A stretch of DNA of 64,000 nucleotides from Flaccisagitta enflata (lineage: Eukaryota): assembly GCA_965153355.1 (NCBI GenBank), contig OZ231126.1, positions 25,110,001 to 25,174,000 of the forward strand, in the 5' to 3' direction. Each line of letters starts with the position of its first letter. Position 1 is the stretch's first letter. Under the pieces are notes generated by a model. It had not been told where the DNA came from. It did not search any database and saw nothing but the letters and a program-made list of their open reading frames with translations. Position numbers and translations under genes: made by a program. Positions 1-12,961 of this stretch are shown here, piece by piece.

Positions 1-1706
1 GCTTTTATGTCACGTCAAGGAATTGAATGAAATAAATATTGTTTCGACGCCAGAGGGGACTACTTTAAGTGTGACACAAGTGTGACACCTGAAATCGAGG
101 GAGCTTCTGAATTGTAACGCTGTATAAAAATAATCATTTCTCTGCATTGGAACCGAAAAAATCCTTAAAAATTGGGGCAAAAGTCCCTTAACTAGTTGTC
201 TATGGGTTGGGAAAAAAAAATTTGCTTATTATCAATGCAAAGACGGGTTTAAAAAAAAAATAGTAGATACTCTTAATTCTGAGCGGAAAATGACAAAAAA
301 ATTAAGAGGCCGAGTACTAGTTTTCTTATTTTTTTTTCAGCACTTTATGATTGAAATAACGAGTCCAGTTTTTTTATACATTCCACTAGAAGGATAATGA
401 TTGCTTAGAAGCTATGAAATGATTCTCATTGACATTTTTTGGTTGGTTAAGCTTGCATTTTGCTTGCAGGGACAGAATCGGGGACAGGCAAAATAGTCCC
501 TTCGACCCCTATTTTAGACCCCCTAAAAGTAGTTGATGTTACCAAAACTGGTTTGGCAAGGCGCACTGGGTTATGAGGTACGTAACTAAACCATTGTGGC
601 CTAGTTCAAAACAAACGATGGAGCAGAAACACTCCTAAAGTGGTGGAGAGTAACGGTTTTTCGCGCGCATGACGAATTTCGACAACAACCTATATATAAT
701 CAGTGACCGTTTGAAAGATTTTCGAAGGTTCTTCAAATCTAGACTAAGCAGAAAGTTTTAGCTCAAATTGTTTAGAAATGGCAACAGTTTGAAGTGAGCA
801 TCACCATAATCTGTTAATAGAAGGAATTCTGTACTTGTAATTCTGTCTTTAAAAGCAAATAAAACATATCTGACACAAGGAAACTAAGAAAAATTTAAGA
901 GAAAATGAAAGTATAACTCATTATCTAAAAAGAAATGTTATCACTGTGTACCCGCTATAATTGTTTGCATTGTGGGACCATATAGCGGCCCCATTTTGGG
1001 CCATGTCATATCTCAGGCTAGGATTTGAGTCAAGGGGGGGGGCAAAGAACAAGTAGGAGAAGAAGAAGAGGGGGAAGGAGGAGAAGGAGGAGAAATTTCT
1101 CCTTCTTCTTCTGCATCCCCCAAATCAAATAGAGAATTTTCCTCATGTGAAAGCATAAGTCTTTGGTCCAGAAGGAAGGAAGGAGTGAAGAAAGGGAGGA
1201 TGAAAAGAAGGAAGGAAGGAAGGTAGTAAGCAAGTAAGGAATGGATCTAAGGGAGGTCAAAATGGGAGGAATGGGAGGAGGAAGATGTGTAATTGTAAAA
1301 GTGAGCACACAACTGTTATCATTTTTAGCTTGTTGTAAATGGAAAGAGGGAGACTCCAGTGATGAGGTATCTGGTATTTTCTTTGCATCGTCTCACTCAA
1401 GGTAATTTCCTCCACTTTCCTTTTTTTTTTGTCTTACTGGAGGGAATTTTAATGAGAAAAAATTCCCTTTAGTGAAACTAAATTTTTTTCCCTCCAGTGA
1501 GACTCTTTTTTTGTCTCACTGGAGGGAATTTTTTTATTTCTCACTCAAGGGAAAAAAATTGTCTCACTAAGGGGGTTCCCCCCCTCTCTGTCTTTGTATT
1601 TTTCTCTCTTTCTCACTCTCTGTCTCTCTATGTCTCTCTCTTCCTCTTTGCCTCCCTGTCTTTGTCTGTCTCTGTCTCTGTCTCTGTCTCTGTCTCTGTC
1701 TCTCTG

Positions 1707-1785
<79 letters not shown>

Positions 1786-1796
1786 CTCTGTCTTTG

Positions 1797-1886
<90 letters not shown>

Positions 1887-1901
1887 GTCTCTCTCTCTCA
1901 G

Positions 1902-2128
1902 GTGCAATTGGCGTCCAGCGCCTTCTCATTGACCCGATTGAAGGATGTCACATACGATTTGAAAGTCCAGGACGAAGCCGTTTGGACGGGTTACTACCGA
2001 CGCGAAAATGGCGACGATATTTGGCGTAACCAAAGAATGGAACAATTCCAGAATCTGACCGACGCAAAGCTGATGTTTTGCGAAGAGCCCCCTGACGGGC
2101 ACAATTGCTTAGCATGGCGCAAGTCTGG
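1902..2128 (+). CDS. Gene 1, first visible internal exon: central part of a C-type lectin-like domain of a multidomain type I membrane protein (upstream exons/start not found)
   Basis: (CT)n tract + CAG acceptor at 1899-1901; open frame VQLASS...VWTGYYR...DIWRNQ...FCEEPPDGHNCLAWRKS resembles the CTLD WIG..W..EP..C pattern; donor GTAACT at 2129 (phase 2) matches the next exon. Confidence 0.75.
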
Positions 2129-2435
2129 GTAACTAAAAACTGCGTTTCTCAAAACATTATGCCGATTTTTTATTCGCTGTTAAGTTCGCCTAATGTGATG
2201 TCACCAGTGGCGGTTATTCTTTTTTCCTTCCTTGGCTTTTATTCCTCCCATCTACTCCCCCAAGTATTTGTCTGGTACTTCAATCACTCTATAGAACCAC
2301 AGGAGTGCAGCCAGATGGACAAACAGATAGACGGACGATTCTGCCTGTGTTCTAAACAACTTTGTGACCTTTGAAATTCCAGCAGCGCTTAAGTTTGGAC
2401 AGTTATTACTAAATCGGTGTTTTTGAGCTAAGCTA

Positions 2436-3037
2436 CAGTGGGGTTCGAGGAATAACAGCCTAAACTGGAGGAAGGTATTTAAGTGTCTTAATCTCATTTG
2501 ACAAACTTGATATTTGAAATATAAGTTGTTCACTTGATGCTTTTGTCCCTGAGTTTTTTGGTTGCTATGGAAACCAAAATTGTTTTTTTGAACATTCATA
2601 ACAACTAGAGTATCGATATTTTGACACATATTATCAGGGAACATTGCTCAGAATTAGATTTGCTACAACTTTCTCACAGTATGTCCTGTAAGAATATTGC
2701 TCGTTTAGCCGTTGCTAGGGAGCATCATTTAGCGGTTGCTAGGTGTGATGCCCCTTAGCAACGGCCAAACGAGCAATATTCTTACAGAACATACTGTGGG
2801 AAAGTTGTAGCAGATTCAATTTTGAGCAATGTTCCCTGACAATATTTCTCAAAATATTGATATTTTAGTGGTTATAAATGTTAAAAAAAATAATTTTGGT
2901 TTCCATAGCAACCAAAAAACTCAGGGACAAAAGCATCGAGTGAACAACTTATATTTCAAATATCAAGTTTGTCAAATGAAATTAAGACACTTAAATACCT
3001 TCCTCCAGTTTAGGCTGTTATTCCACGAACCCCACTG
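2436..3037. mobile_element. Foldback MITE, Tc1/mariner-type (602 bp), in gene 1 intron
   Basis: TA|CAGTGGGGTTCG...CGAACCCCACTG|TA; inverted arms of about 285 bp cover almost the whole element. Confidence 0.92.
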
Positions 3038-3060
3038 TAGGTCATCACTGCCTCCTTCAG

Positions 3061-3227
3061 ATTGTCTGCCGATGGATGTTTGTCGGCACGAAGCTGCGTT
3101 GAGAAGCTGCGATTTGCCTGTGAAGCAGCTTTCATCGACTTCGACTCTATCGGGTCGAAAATCCACGAGGTTGATTTCGTGGAGAACGGATGGCAGATCG
3201 CCACTGGCGTAACCAAACTCTCTGAAG
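3061..3227 (+). CDS. Gene 1 exon: end of the C-type lectin-like domain plus linker
   Basis: Acceptor cctccttcAG (3059-3060); the phase-2 join gives G-LSADGCLSARSCVEKLRFACE, matching the CTLD terminal C-x5-F-x-C-E pattern; donor aag|GT at 3228 (phase 1). Confidence 0.75.
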
Positions 3228-3889
<662 letters not shown>

Positions 3890-4140
3890 AGAAATTATTT
3901 TTGTCGTTTTTATTATCATAATATCTGCAGCTGCAAAGTTGATTGCTCGTCCATCTGGATTTGTCGTTCCATGGTTTTAGTGTGAATTGAACCTCATCTG
4001 TTTCGAATTACGAAAGGCTATTGCGATTTATAGAGGCACGTGTTAAACGTGAATGTGTCCTCTTCGAGAGCAAACAATGAATTAACACCACCTAGCTGTC
4101 CCCTTCCTCCTCTACCTTCCCACATGGACTATACCATAAG

Positions 4141-4398
4141 GTCCTTTGATTGACCACATGCTCGGGCATGGAGTCATCAAGACCGAATGGAGCACCGAAG
4201 ACTTTCAAAGGCTGAAGGATGATGAGGGCGCCGAGACAGGACAGTCGGAGAAACTCGATGATCAACACTCTGCAGAGGCAGCTTTTTATGGCAACACATC
4301 GGAGCCTTTCTGGTCTTCCAAGAAAAATGCCGTAAAAGCGTCGATGTGGTTCCAAACCGATGATTTCCACAGCGTCACTGGATTTAGATTTAACACAG
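4141..4398 (+). CDS. Gene 1 exon: start of an F5/8 type C (discoidin / galactose-binding-like) domain
   Basis: Acceptor ataAG (4139-4140), phase 1 compatible; SAEAAFYGNTSEPFWSS...SMWFQ...VTGFRF resembles the AFDG..W.S..W...VTG pattern; donor cag|GT at 4399 (phase 1). Confidence 0.72.
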
Positions 4399-4401
4399 GT
4401 A

Positions 4402-5163
4402 CAGTGGGGTTCGTGGAATAACAGCCTAAACTGGAGGAAGGTATTTAAGTGTCTTAATTTCATTTGACAAACTTGATATTTGAAATATAAATTGTTCATT
4501 CGATGCTTTTGTCCCTGAGTTTTTCGGTTGCTATGGAAACCAAAATTATTTTTTCAAACATTTATAACCACTAAAATATCAATATTTTGAGAAATATTGT
4601 CAGGGAACATTGCTCAAAATTAAATTTGCTACAACTTTCCCACAGTATGTTCTGTAAGAATATTGCTCGTTTGGCCGTTGCTAAGGGGCATCACACCTAG
4701 CAACCGCTAAATGATGCTCCCTAGCAACGGCTAAACGAGCAATATTCTTACAGGACATACTGTGGGAAAGTTGTAGCAAATCTAATTCTGAGCAATGTTC
4801 CCTGATAATATGTGTCAAAATATCGATATTCTAGTTGTTATGAATGTTCAAAAAAATAATTTTGGTTTCCATAGCAACCAAAAAACTCAGGGACAAAAGC
4901 ATCAAGTGAACAACTTATATTTCAAATATCAAGTTTGTCAAATGAAATTAAGACACTTAAGGTGTGTCTGCATTGATCAGCTTATTTGGATATTTTATTT
5001 GAATATAAATATCCGGATATTTTGTGTAGTAAATTTTTTAAATTCACTATGTAGAATATCCGGATGTTGATATCCAGATAGATTATCCAAATCATATGGT
5101 GAATGCAGACGCACCCTTAAATACCGTCCTCCAGTTTAGGCTGTTATTCCTCGAACCCCACTG
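4402..5163. mobile_element. Second copy of the same foldback MITE, opposite orientation, with a nested insertion
   Basis: Same termini and TA TSD; near reverse complement of 2436-3037; 160 bp longer because of the nested element plus its TSD. Confidence 0.92.
4960..5116. mobile_element. Small PIF/Harbinger(Tourist)-like MITE nested in the MITE above
   Basis: TIR AGGTGTGTCTGCATT / AATGCAGACGCACCC flanked by TTA (could also be read as a TTAA TSD); the empty site cacTTAaatacc is present in copy 1. Confidence 0.8.
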
Positions 5164-5420
5164 TATTTGACACCTGTTCATCAATCATTTCAAAGGCTAC
5201 GGTTAAGTAATACAAAGCATACTTTTAATCGAACAACAACATGAAATTTCTTTTGGAGGTCAGCTTTTCATGCTTTAAGTGCCAAAATCCTCCCTACTCC
5301 TGTCAAAGCTAAGTTTGACAAGACCATATCACGCTGAGCTTAAAAGGTGGTACAGCAGAGCATCTGTGATTCTTTGGTTTAAAAAAAGGTATTTCTTTTT
5401 TCGCCGTGATTGTGATTCAG

Positions 5421-5551
5421 TCTCCACCCTTGCTGATAACGCGACTTATGCTCCGAGTAATGGCAGCGACTCGTACACATTCTTTGGCTCAAACAATGAG
5501 GAATGTGTCTACAGAACGACTTTGGCCCAACTGAAAGGAGACCAAAGCATG
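5421..5551 (+). CDS. Gene 1 exon: middle of the F5/8-like domain
   Basis: Acceptor ttcAG (5419-5420), phase 1; VSTLADNATYAPSNGSDSYTFFGSNNEECV contains a GSND-like motif; strong donor GTGAGC at 5552 (phase 0). Confidence 0.75.
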
Positions 5552-5611
5552 GTGAGCCAAATTTGTCCTAGCCTCTAATTTATCTGGTTAGGGTTGCTTC
5601 AGAAAAAGGTA

Positions 5612-5812
5612 ATCACGTGCTACGCCACTCTACTCCCCGCTTTGTCGGTCCGTCCGTTTGTCGGTCTGTCTGTTGGTCCGTCAACCACACTTTTCTTTTT
5701 TTGTTTTTTGCGGTCTTTGGCCTCACAGCTCCTGCCCTAATGAAAAAGTGACCTCAAATATGGCCCCTGCCCACCCACACGCGACTAAGGTAGCCGTGTA
5801 TCCAGCCATGTT
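5612..5812 (+). mobile_element. HINE/DINE-1-like element, family B, in gene 1 intron
   Basis: Degenerate 5' (a)gtcgcgtgctacgcgact, (GTCY)n tract, 3' cacgcgact + gccgtgtatcc(g)gc hairpin + ttgtt; many similar copies in the window. Confidence 0.7.
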
Positions 5813-5899
5813 TTTTGTCAGGTTGTTCATTTGTTCTTCCAATCCCATAAAAATACTTACAATCCACTAAATCTAAGCAAACTTTGGGTATCCTCTCAG

Positions 5900-7252
5900 A
5901 GTTCCGACACATTGGCCGGTAATTCCAAAATATTTCGATGCCACGGCTTCGATGTGACAAATGGCGGGAAAGATTACGTTGGAATATCTGCACCAGTCAA
6001 ATTTGATGTGACAAGCTACAACAAAATGTCAGATGAAGTCAAAACAAGGCAAATAAATGAAAATGGCAAAGAATTCAAATGTTTACCATGGAGCGAATTC
6101 CCAGATTACCCCGACGCTAGAGGCAACTCTTGTACAAAACTAAAACATTCTTTGGAACCAAATAAAGTAGGTTGTTTTTGCCTCAAATGTTGCGATTATG
6201 AGCAGAATGGTTGCTCCGAAGACGCCGAAGAAAACAAAGACGGTCATTATTACGAATATTGCAAACCAACCTTCGAGGGAAAATTCGCGATGATAGATCC
6301 AAAAGTGTCCAACATCTCGGTTGTGAGCGGAGATTCAGTCAAGGTTGAGTATTTCACCTATTTTTCAAATTCGTGGGTGAAGAATTGGGAAACGGTGACC
6401 GCAGGAAGTCACGTAGTGTTGGGAGATGTCGCAGTTGTGGATGATCTTCTCGTCAGACAGATTGATACCCACTTTAAAGATTGTCACAAAGAAGGCAAAT
6501 TTGGGCCGGATTGCGATCAACCATGTCAATGTGAATCCGCAACCTGCAACGTCTTTTCCGGGGTTTGTCCGGGCAAATGTAAAGCCGGAGCTTCTGGAGT
6601 GGATTGCGCAGTGGTCGCTCACTGCGACATCGATGAGGGGAAAATGGACACCCTTCAACTGTTGCCAGGTTGTAATATGACCGGAAATGCCTTCAACACA
6701 ACTTGTAGATTTGAGTGCAGACCCGGGTATTGGATACCCAATGAATCAGATTTGCAATCAACTTGCGTGGCAAACACCTCGATCCAATCTGGAGGCAACT
6801 TTGATGCTTATCCAAAATGCGAAGAGATTGTTGATGACTGTTCCGCAGATCCTAACGATGATGTCCTGATCAAGAATTCCCAAACCAAGTGTGAAAACAC
6901 GAAATACAAAAGTCATTGCTCCATAAAATGCGCTCAAGGTTACTTGCAGCAAGGAGACGGCACTCTAGTTTGCGAGCAGAAATTTAGGAACAAAAACGTG
7001 ACAGAATGGCAATATGTGGGCAAAGAGGAAACCACCTGTAATAACAATTGGTACACCGGGTTAATCGTCGCCTTGCTCCTGGTTGTTGTCGTAGGCGTCA
7101 TTGTTGCATTTGTGGTGCGATTTCGGAACAACAGGCGTAAGACACGTCGTGAAAGGACGCAGCAACCTGTAGAAAACAGAAGCCATCAACCGCCTGCAGA
7201 GGAATTTGGCAGTGAAACAGGCAGTGTCAACGCAGAAATCTGGACAACCTGA
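5900..7252 (+). CDS. Gene 1 terminal coding exon: end of F5/8-like domain, kringle-like, EGF-like (MEGF/SCARF type), two Sushi/CCP domains, transmembrane helix, cytoplasmic tail
   Basis: Lies within the 473-aa ORF; acceptor cctctcAG (5898-5899), phase 0. Motifs: C..GKFGPDCDQPCQC...C...SGVC...C.AG..G.DC (EGF); TCRFECRPGY...C...PKC and HCSIKCAQGY..G...LVC...W...C (Sushi); hydrophobic WYTGLIVALLLVVVVGVIVAFVV then basic RFRNNRRK. The five exons total 2136 nt (712 codons with stop). Confidence 0.92.
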   Translation, partial: SSDTLAGNSKIFRCHGFDVTNGGKDYVGISAPVKFDVTSYNKMSDEVKTRQINENGKEFKCLPWSEFPDYPDARGNSCTKLKHSLEPNKVGCFCLKCCDYEQNGCSEDAEENKDGHYYEYCKPTFEGKFAMIDPKVSNISVVSGDSVKVEYFTYFSNSWVKNWETVTAGSHVVLGDVAVVDDLLVRQIDTHFKDCHKEGKFGPDCDQPCQCESATCNVFSGVCPGKCKAGASGVDCAVVAHCDIDEGKMDTLQLLPGCNMTGNAFNTTCRFECRPGYWIPNESDLQSTCVANTSIQSGGNFDAYPKCEEIVDDCSADPNDDVLIKNSQTKCENTKYKSHCSIKCAQGYLQQGDGTLVCEQKFRNKNVTEWQYVGKEETTCNNNWYTGLIVALLLVVVVGVIVAFVVRFRNNRRKTRRERTQQPVENRSHQPPAEEFGSETGSVNAEIWTT

Positions 7253-7667
7253 GGAGTACAGTTGAAGATGCACAAAAAAATTAAGAAGATTGGTTGGATT
7301 TTCATGACTGTTAATTTCTTTAAGCCAGATTGCTTGCGAAAGACAAGTTGATGGTACCCATGACGTTAAAATGTGATCAATGAATCTTTGGTTAAAATTA
7401 TTCTTATAACTCGATTGAATACTGTGGCTATCCATGACCCAGAGTTTCCTGCAAAATACATTCAACAGTGTGAAATGAAAAGCTAAACACTGCTTTAAAT
7501 CGAAAAAGAAAAATGAAAATAGAGCAGTAGAAAGACAACTTCAGTTTTTGGTCACAAATTAGCTAGAGCCTGTCTCTTCATCTGTTCACTGCGCATCCAT
7601 GCAGCCCTTCTGTAACTTTACTTGAGAAATCTTGGTACACATTAGCGTCATTAATTGGTTGGTTTTT

Positions 7668-8140
7668 GGGCAACGGCCCCAAAGGGGTCGATGACTTATG
7701 CTTTCACATATGCAGAAATTTCTCCTCCTCTTTCTCCTCCTTCCTCTTTGTACCCCCCCCCCTACAAGGCCTAAATCCCAGTCTCAAGGCCTAAATCCCA
7801 ACCTCAAGGACCAGATCCCAGCCTTGAAACCTAAATCCCAGCCTAAACAGATTTGGGCCTCACGACTAGGATTTGAGCCTCGAGGCTAGGATTTGGGCGT
7901 CGAGGCTAGGATTTGGGCCTTGAGGTTGGGATTTGGGTCTCGAGACTGGGATTTGGGCCTCATGAGGTGGGAGGGATGGAAAAGGAGGAGGAGAAGGTGG
8001 AGGAGAAATTTCTGCATATATATGAAAGCATAGGACATCGACCCCTTTGGCGCCGCTGCCCTGCTCCCACCTTCAACTTCATTCACAACCTACTTAGGCC
8101 GGGTGAAGGTACCGCTGACCATCAAACGCTTTTGCGACTA
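7668..8140 (+). mobile_element. HINE-like element, family A, with ~21-bp central tandem repeats
   Basis: gggca(g)cggccccaaagggg...ccctttgg..ccgctgccc inverted repeats; internal ggcctaaatcccagcctc repeats; 3' gtaccgctgacc tail. Confidence 0.75.
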
Positions 8141-8259
8141 TAAGTCCATCTGTCAGCGTATTGGTCTGTCAATCTATCTGTTAGTCTGTCCATCTGTCCG
8201 TTGGTCCATCTGTAAGAAAGAAGTCGTCAATGCTGAGAGAAAAATAAAGAGAAAGAGAA

Positions 8260-8351
<92 letters not shown>

Positions 8352-9070
8352 TTATCACCTAGGACATTTCCATGACTTCAACTAACTCGCTACCTCTTTC
8401 TTTACAGAAATGAAAAAGATGTAATGTTTTCCTCTTTGCAAGCACCATGAGCAAGCAGGGTAAAATTTGAATAACTATAAAGCTAGTGTCACAAAAGTTA
8501 GAGCCATCAAGCGTAACATATTTACTTCTATTTTCGTTTGCGTGGTACACAACTCTACACCTTGCTATGTCGGTCCGTTAGTCCATCGGTTGGTCGGTTG
8601 GTAGGTTGGTCAGTCTGTCCCCTTTTTACTTATTTGGTGTTTTTGAGCTTTTTGAGCTTACTGCTCCTGCCCAGACGCCCTAGTGACCTTCTCCTGCACT
8701 GCACCTGCCCATTTGCACATGACTGGAGTAGCCGTGTACCCGGCTTTGTTTGTTACAAAATTGAGATCAATGAAAAATATCGATCTTTGGGAAAAATACA
8801 GAAATTGCAAAAAAATAAAACAAGATAAAAAAATAATAACACAAAAACTAATGATTGTTAAGACCTCCAGTTAGCGCCAAAAAAAAATCAGTTCTTTCTT
8901 GGCTATCAATAGAATGCATAATCTCGTTCCACCTGAAAAATACACCAACTTCATGAAATGGATAGAAAAAAAGTTGGAAAACAGTTTTCCTCTGCAGGTC
9001 TTAAAAAAATCGAAGAATCTTCGAAACTTCGACTTTTTTCCAAATCAAAACAAATTTACAGGCAGGCATG

Positions 9071-9439
<369 letters not shown>

Positions 9440-9632
9440 GTATATATTCAAGTCCTAAACTTTCGGCGCTTCGAGATCGAGTCTCGGCGCTCAGTGTGGC
9501 CCATGGCCCGCACTTTCGGAGCACATGCGGGAATGGTTTACAAATATTTGACCACTAATCATAATCCTCGCAATCTGAGCGCCGAGCTAAGGTCGAGGAG
9601 CACCGACTGATCGTCGAGGACAGTGAAGGAAA

Positions 9633-9731
<99 letters not shown>

Positions 9732-10063
9732 CTGTCGGTCTGTCAGTCTGTCAGTCTGTTTGTCTTTTCATCTATGCCTGTCTGTCTGTCTGTCTGTCTG
9801 AATTCAATTGGAAAATGAAAAATTGGAAGAAAATGGAAAGTTGGATTACATCGGGCAAAGAAGGAAAATGTTGATTGGGCTGCTACTTGTGTACTAATTG
9901 ATTGAAGAGAATGACAAATCAAGAAACTAAGAAAAGGAAGAAAATAGACTAAAAACGTCCTTCCATGGAACAAACTGTTGGCTATTGCATTGAAAAAAAA
10001 AGAGGAGCTAAAAAAAAACAAAGCAGTCATCAGATTTAAAAAGGATTGTAAGGACGGTTACAG

Positions 10064-12961
10064 TAGTATGGGAAACATGGAGCCAGGGGATGTGGAAAAT
10101 TTTTGTTCGCAGTTCTCAATTTAAGTGAATGACCTGCTTCAGCCCTCGTATTTCCGCTTGTCAAGCAAGCACAATGCTTGGTGAAACCTAAACATATGAT
10201 ATATCCTTAAAATGCCGTGAGGGGAAGTCAAAATCATGTGAAAAAGCGGCTTGAAAAGTCTTTTCTGGTTCTAGCCAGAGCAATAGTACTTGCATGTTAC
10301 CTAATGTAATATTACGCTACTTAAAGAAGACATAGAAAAATTCCGAATTTATAGAATACAGCTGGGCGAATTTGGAACGTGGAGCAAAAAACCGCATCAA
10401 AATCGCATGTTGCGCACTGCTGCGCATTGCGTACATGTGTTAACTTTGCCGATCGAATTTCGAGCCTGGCGCGGTGGCGAATTTAAATTGCGCGCACAAA
10501 CAATTTCCGCGTTTCAATTTATGGAATTTGCGCTGATATACTTTTTGTGGAATCACACTGAATGTAATTAAAAAGATGTAGTCCAGCATATGATTGGAAA
10601 GCTTATGACTCAAGGAATGTAATGGCGCATACCAAAACGAGCGGGTACTATGTAAAAATGAGCAGGCTTTTTTATAAATGAGCCAGCAGGTCTCTAACTG
10701 GGCTTGCTTGTCTCATAATGAGCGGAAATAATTTTGAGCAACTTAATTCATGTAAGAGCAAGTTGGCAAAAATATTATTCCCAGTTACTTATAATTGAGC
10801 AAGTTGCTCATAAATGTTTAGAAATATGCATAGATCACTAAAAAATCCTCAAAAATAGCAAAAAATACGAACAAGGTTACCTTAAAATGATTAAGTCAAC
10901 TGAAAGTTGAGCTGGCTTAACATAAGCTCAATATGAGGAAGTCAGCTCAACATGAGCAAGTTAACTCAGAATGAGCGACTGGGCACAATTGAGCGAGCTC
11001 AATATATGTCTTTTAGCTCAAAATCTACAATTTAGCTCAAACTGAGTAAGAATGGGCAAACTCGCGCAAGAGATATGAGTTTGGACAACCTAAGTTATTA
11101 CTCCTCCTCCTCCTCTTCCTCCTCCCCTTGCGTAACACGCCCCCCCTCCCCCGACATGATTCAAATTTAGCCTTGAGGCCCAATTGCCAGCTTTAATGGG
11201 CCAAATCTTAGCCTTGATACCCAAGTCCCAGCCTTGAGGCCTAGTTCTGGCCTTACAGCCCAAAACCTAACCTCAAGGCGTAAGTACAAGACCTGAGACC
11301 CATATCTCAGACGCAAGGCCCAAATCCCATCCCTAAGGCCCAAATCCCAGCCCCAAGGCCTCAATCTCAGCCCAAAGGCCCAAATCCCGATTGCTAGAAG
11401 GAGATGGAGGACGAAAATTCCTCGATCTGTGTGGAAGCATAGGCCATCGACCCCTTTGGGGCCGCTGCCCTGGGTCCTCCCCCAACTTCGATCACAACCT
11501 ACTTAGACAGGGCACGGGTACCGCTGACCATCTAATGCTTTTGCGACTATTTATCATTGCCCCTGCCCAAACGCGCGTGACTTGGGTAGGCGGCAGAAAC
11601 AAAGGAGGTAATGCTTTTATTCTCAAAAGAAACCTCCATTTTGGAAGACTATTGCTCCTATACAAATCAAGCAAGAGAGCTCAACTTGGGCTCATTTCAA
11701 AGAGCTATGTCTGTTCTTTAATACCAGTAATGGCGGTTGTCGCCGTGAGGAAAAAAGTCGTAAGCATTGGTCACTTTTCACCAAGCTTTTGTTTTCAGTC
11801 ACTGCAAATCTTTCTACTTGTTAGATCAAATCAAGAGCACTTGCATGTATTGGTTGCACTGTTAATCCAAGAAATATAGGACTGAGCCAAATGAGCTAGA
11901 TGAGCTAAAATGCTCAAAATCACTCAACCACACAACCAGCTATGCTCACTGACATGCTTTCTTATATTTGCATTTATGTATTTATCCCATAAAAGTTCAG
12001 AAAAAAGACTGAGCTAAATGAGCCAAGTGAGCTAGAATACATAAAAACACCCTCGCAAATAAGCAACTGGGCTCACTGACATGCTTTTTTGTATCTGCTT
12101 ACTTAAACATGTAACCAAATATTTATTCATTTATTGAATTTGAAATCAGAAAAAAAAAGACGGAGCAAAATGAGCTAAATGAGCTAAATGAGCTAGACTG
12201 CTCAAAAACACCCTAAACATGTTTTCTTGTATTTGCATGCTCAAACAAACATAAATACACTTTTTTATTGATCCTACTTAAAATCATAAAAAATAAAAAA
12301 AAAATTCAATTTGCAATTTTCGTAAATAAATCTTTAAAAAATCATAGCGCGAAAAATATTTGTTGTAGAGCATTCTGCTTGGCGCCAAATGAAAGAGAAT
12401 TATCAAATTTACGTACCCTATCAATTTCGTTTGAGGGACCAATCAGCCGGAAGAGACCCGCAACTTCCCCATAAGAAAATGAAAACCCTTTTTCTCTCGA
12501 ATATGTCAAAAAGTCGAAGACTGACTTCGACTTTTTTCCTGATTAGCTCTAATTGAAGTCATTGGCTCAATCCGTTAAAAAGATCTACAACATCTACAAA
12601 GTGAGGGGTTAACTCTTTCTTTCCTAAGAAGAAGCACCAACTTTGGAAGACTGTTGCTCCTACACGAATTGAGCTAATGACCTCAACTTGGGCTCATTTT
12701 AAAGAGCTGCGTCTGTTCTTTAAGATGAGCCCAAGTTGAGGTCATTAGCTCAATTCGTTTAGAAGATACGAACTTACAAACATGGGGGTGGTGAACAAAG
12801 AGTTTTCCCTGATTTGCATGAATTTTTGTTATTCTCGGGGGGCCATGATTCTTATGAAAATACCGATGAGCTATGAAAACCATCTCAGCACATGCCGGGG
12901 ATGGGATTACAACCAAAAAATTGGTACCGGCTCCATTTTTCAATTGGACCTTCCTACACTA
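10064..12961. mobile_element. Non-autonomous DNA transposon (2.9 kb) with 7-bp TSD, possibly hAT-related
   Basis: GTTACAG direct repeat at 10057-10063 and 12962-12968; imperfect TIR TAGTATGGGAA / TTCCTACACTA; dozens of internal TGAGC/GCTCA motifs; no transposase ORF. Confidence 0.7.
11100..11552 (+). mobile_element. 5'-truncated family A HINE-like element nested in the 7-bp-TSD element
   Basis: 21-bp-type repeats followed by cccctttggggccgctgccc and gggcacgggtaccgctgacc. Confidence 0.7.

Noticed and set aside
2264-2374. Possible extra Cys-containing exon in the first visible intron of gene 1
   Set aside because: Each frame ends in a stop with no suitable donor; the direct 2128->3061 join already completes the CTLD.
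2252-3040. Three similar ORFs beginning MFPDN... (2252-2644 minus, 2829-3212, 4795-5070)
   Set aside because: They are translations of the MITE inverted arms, with no transposase or other domain motifs.
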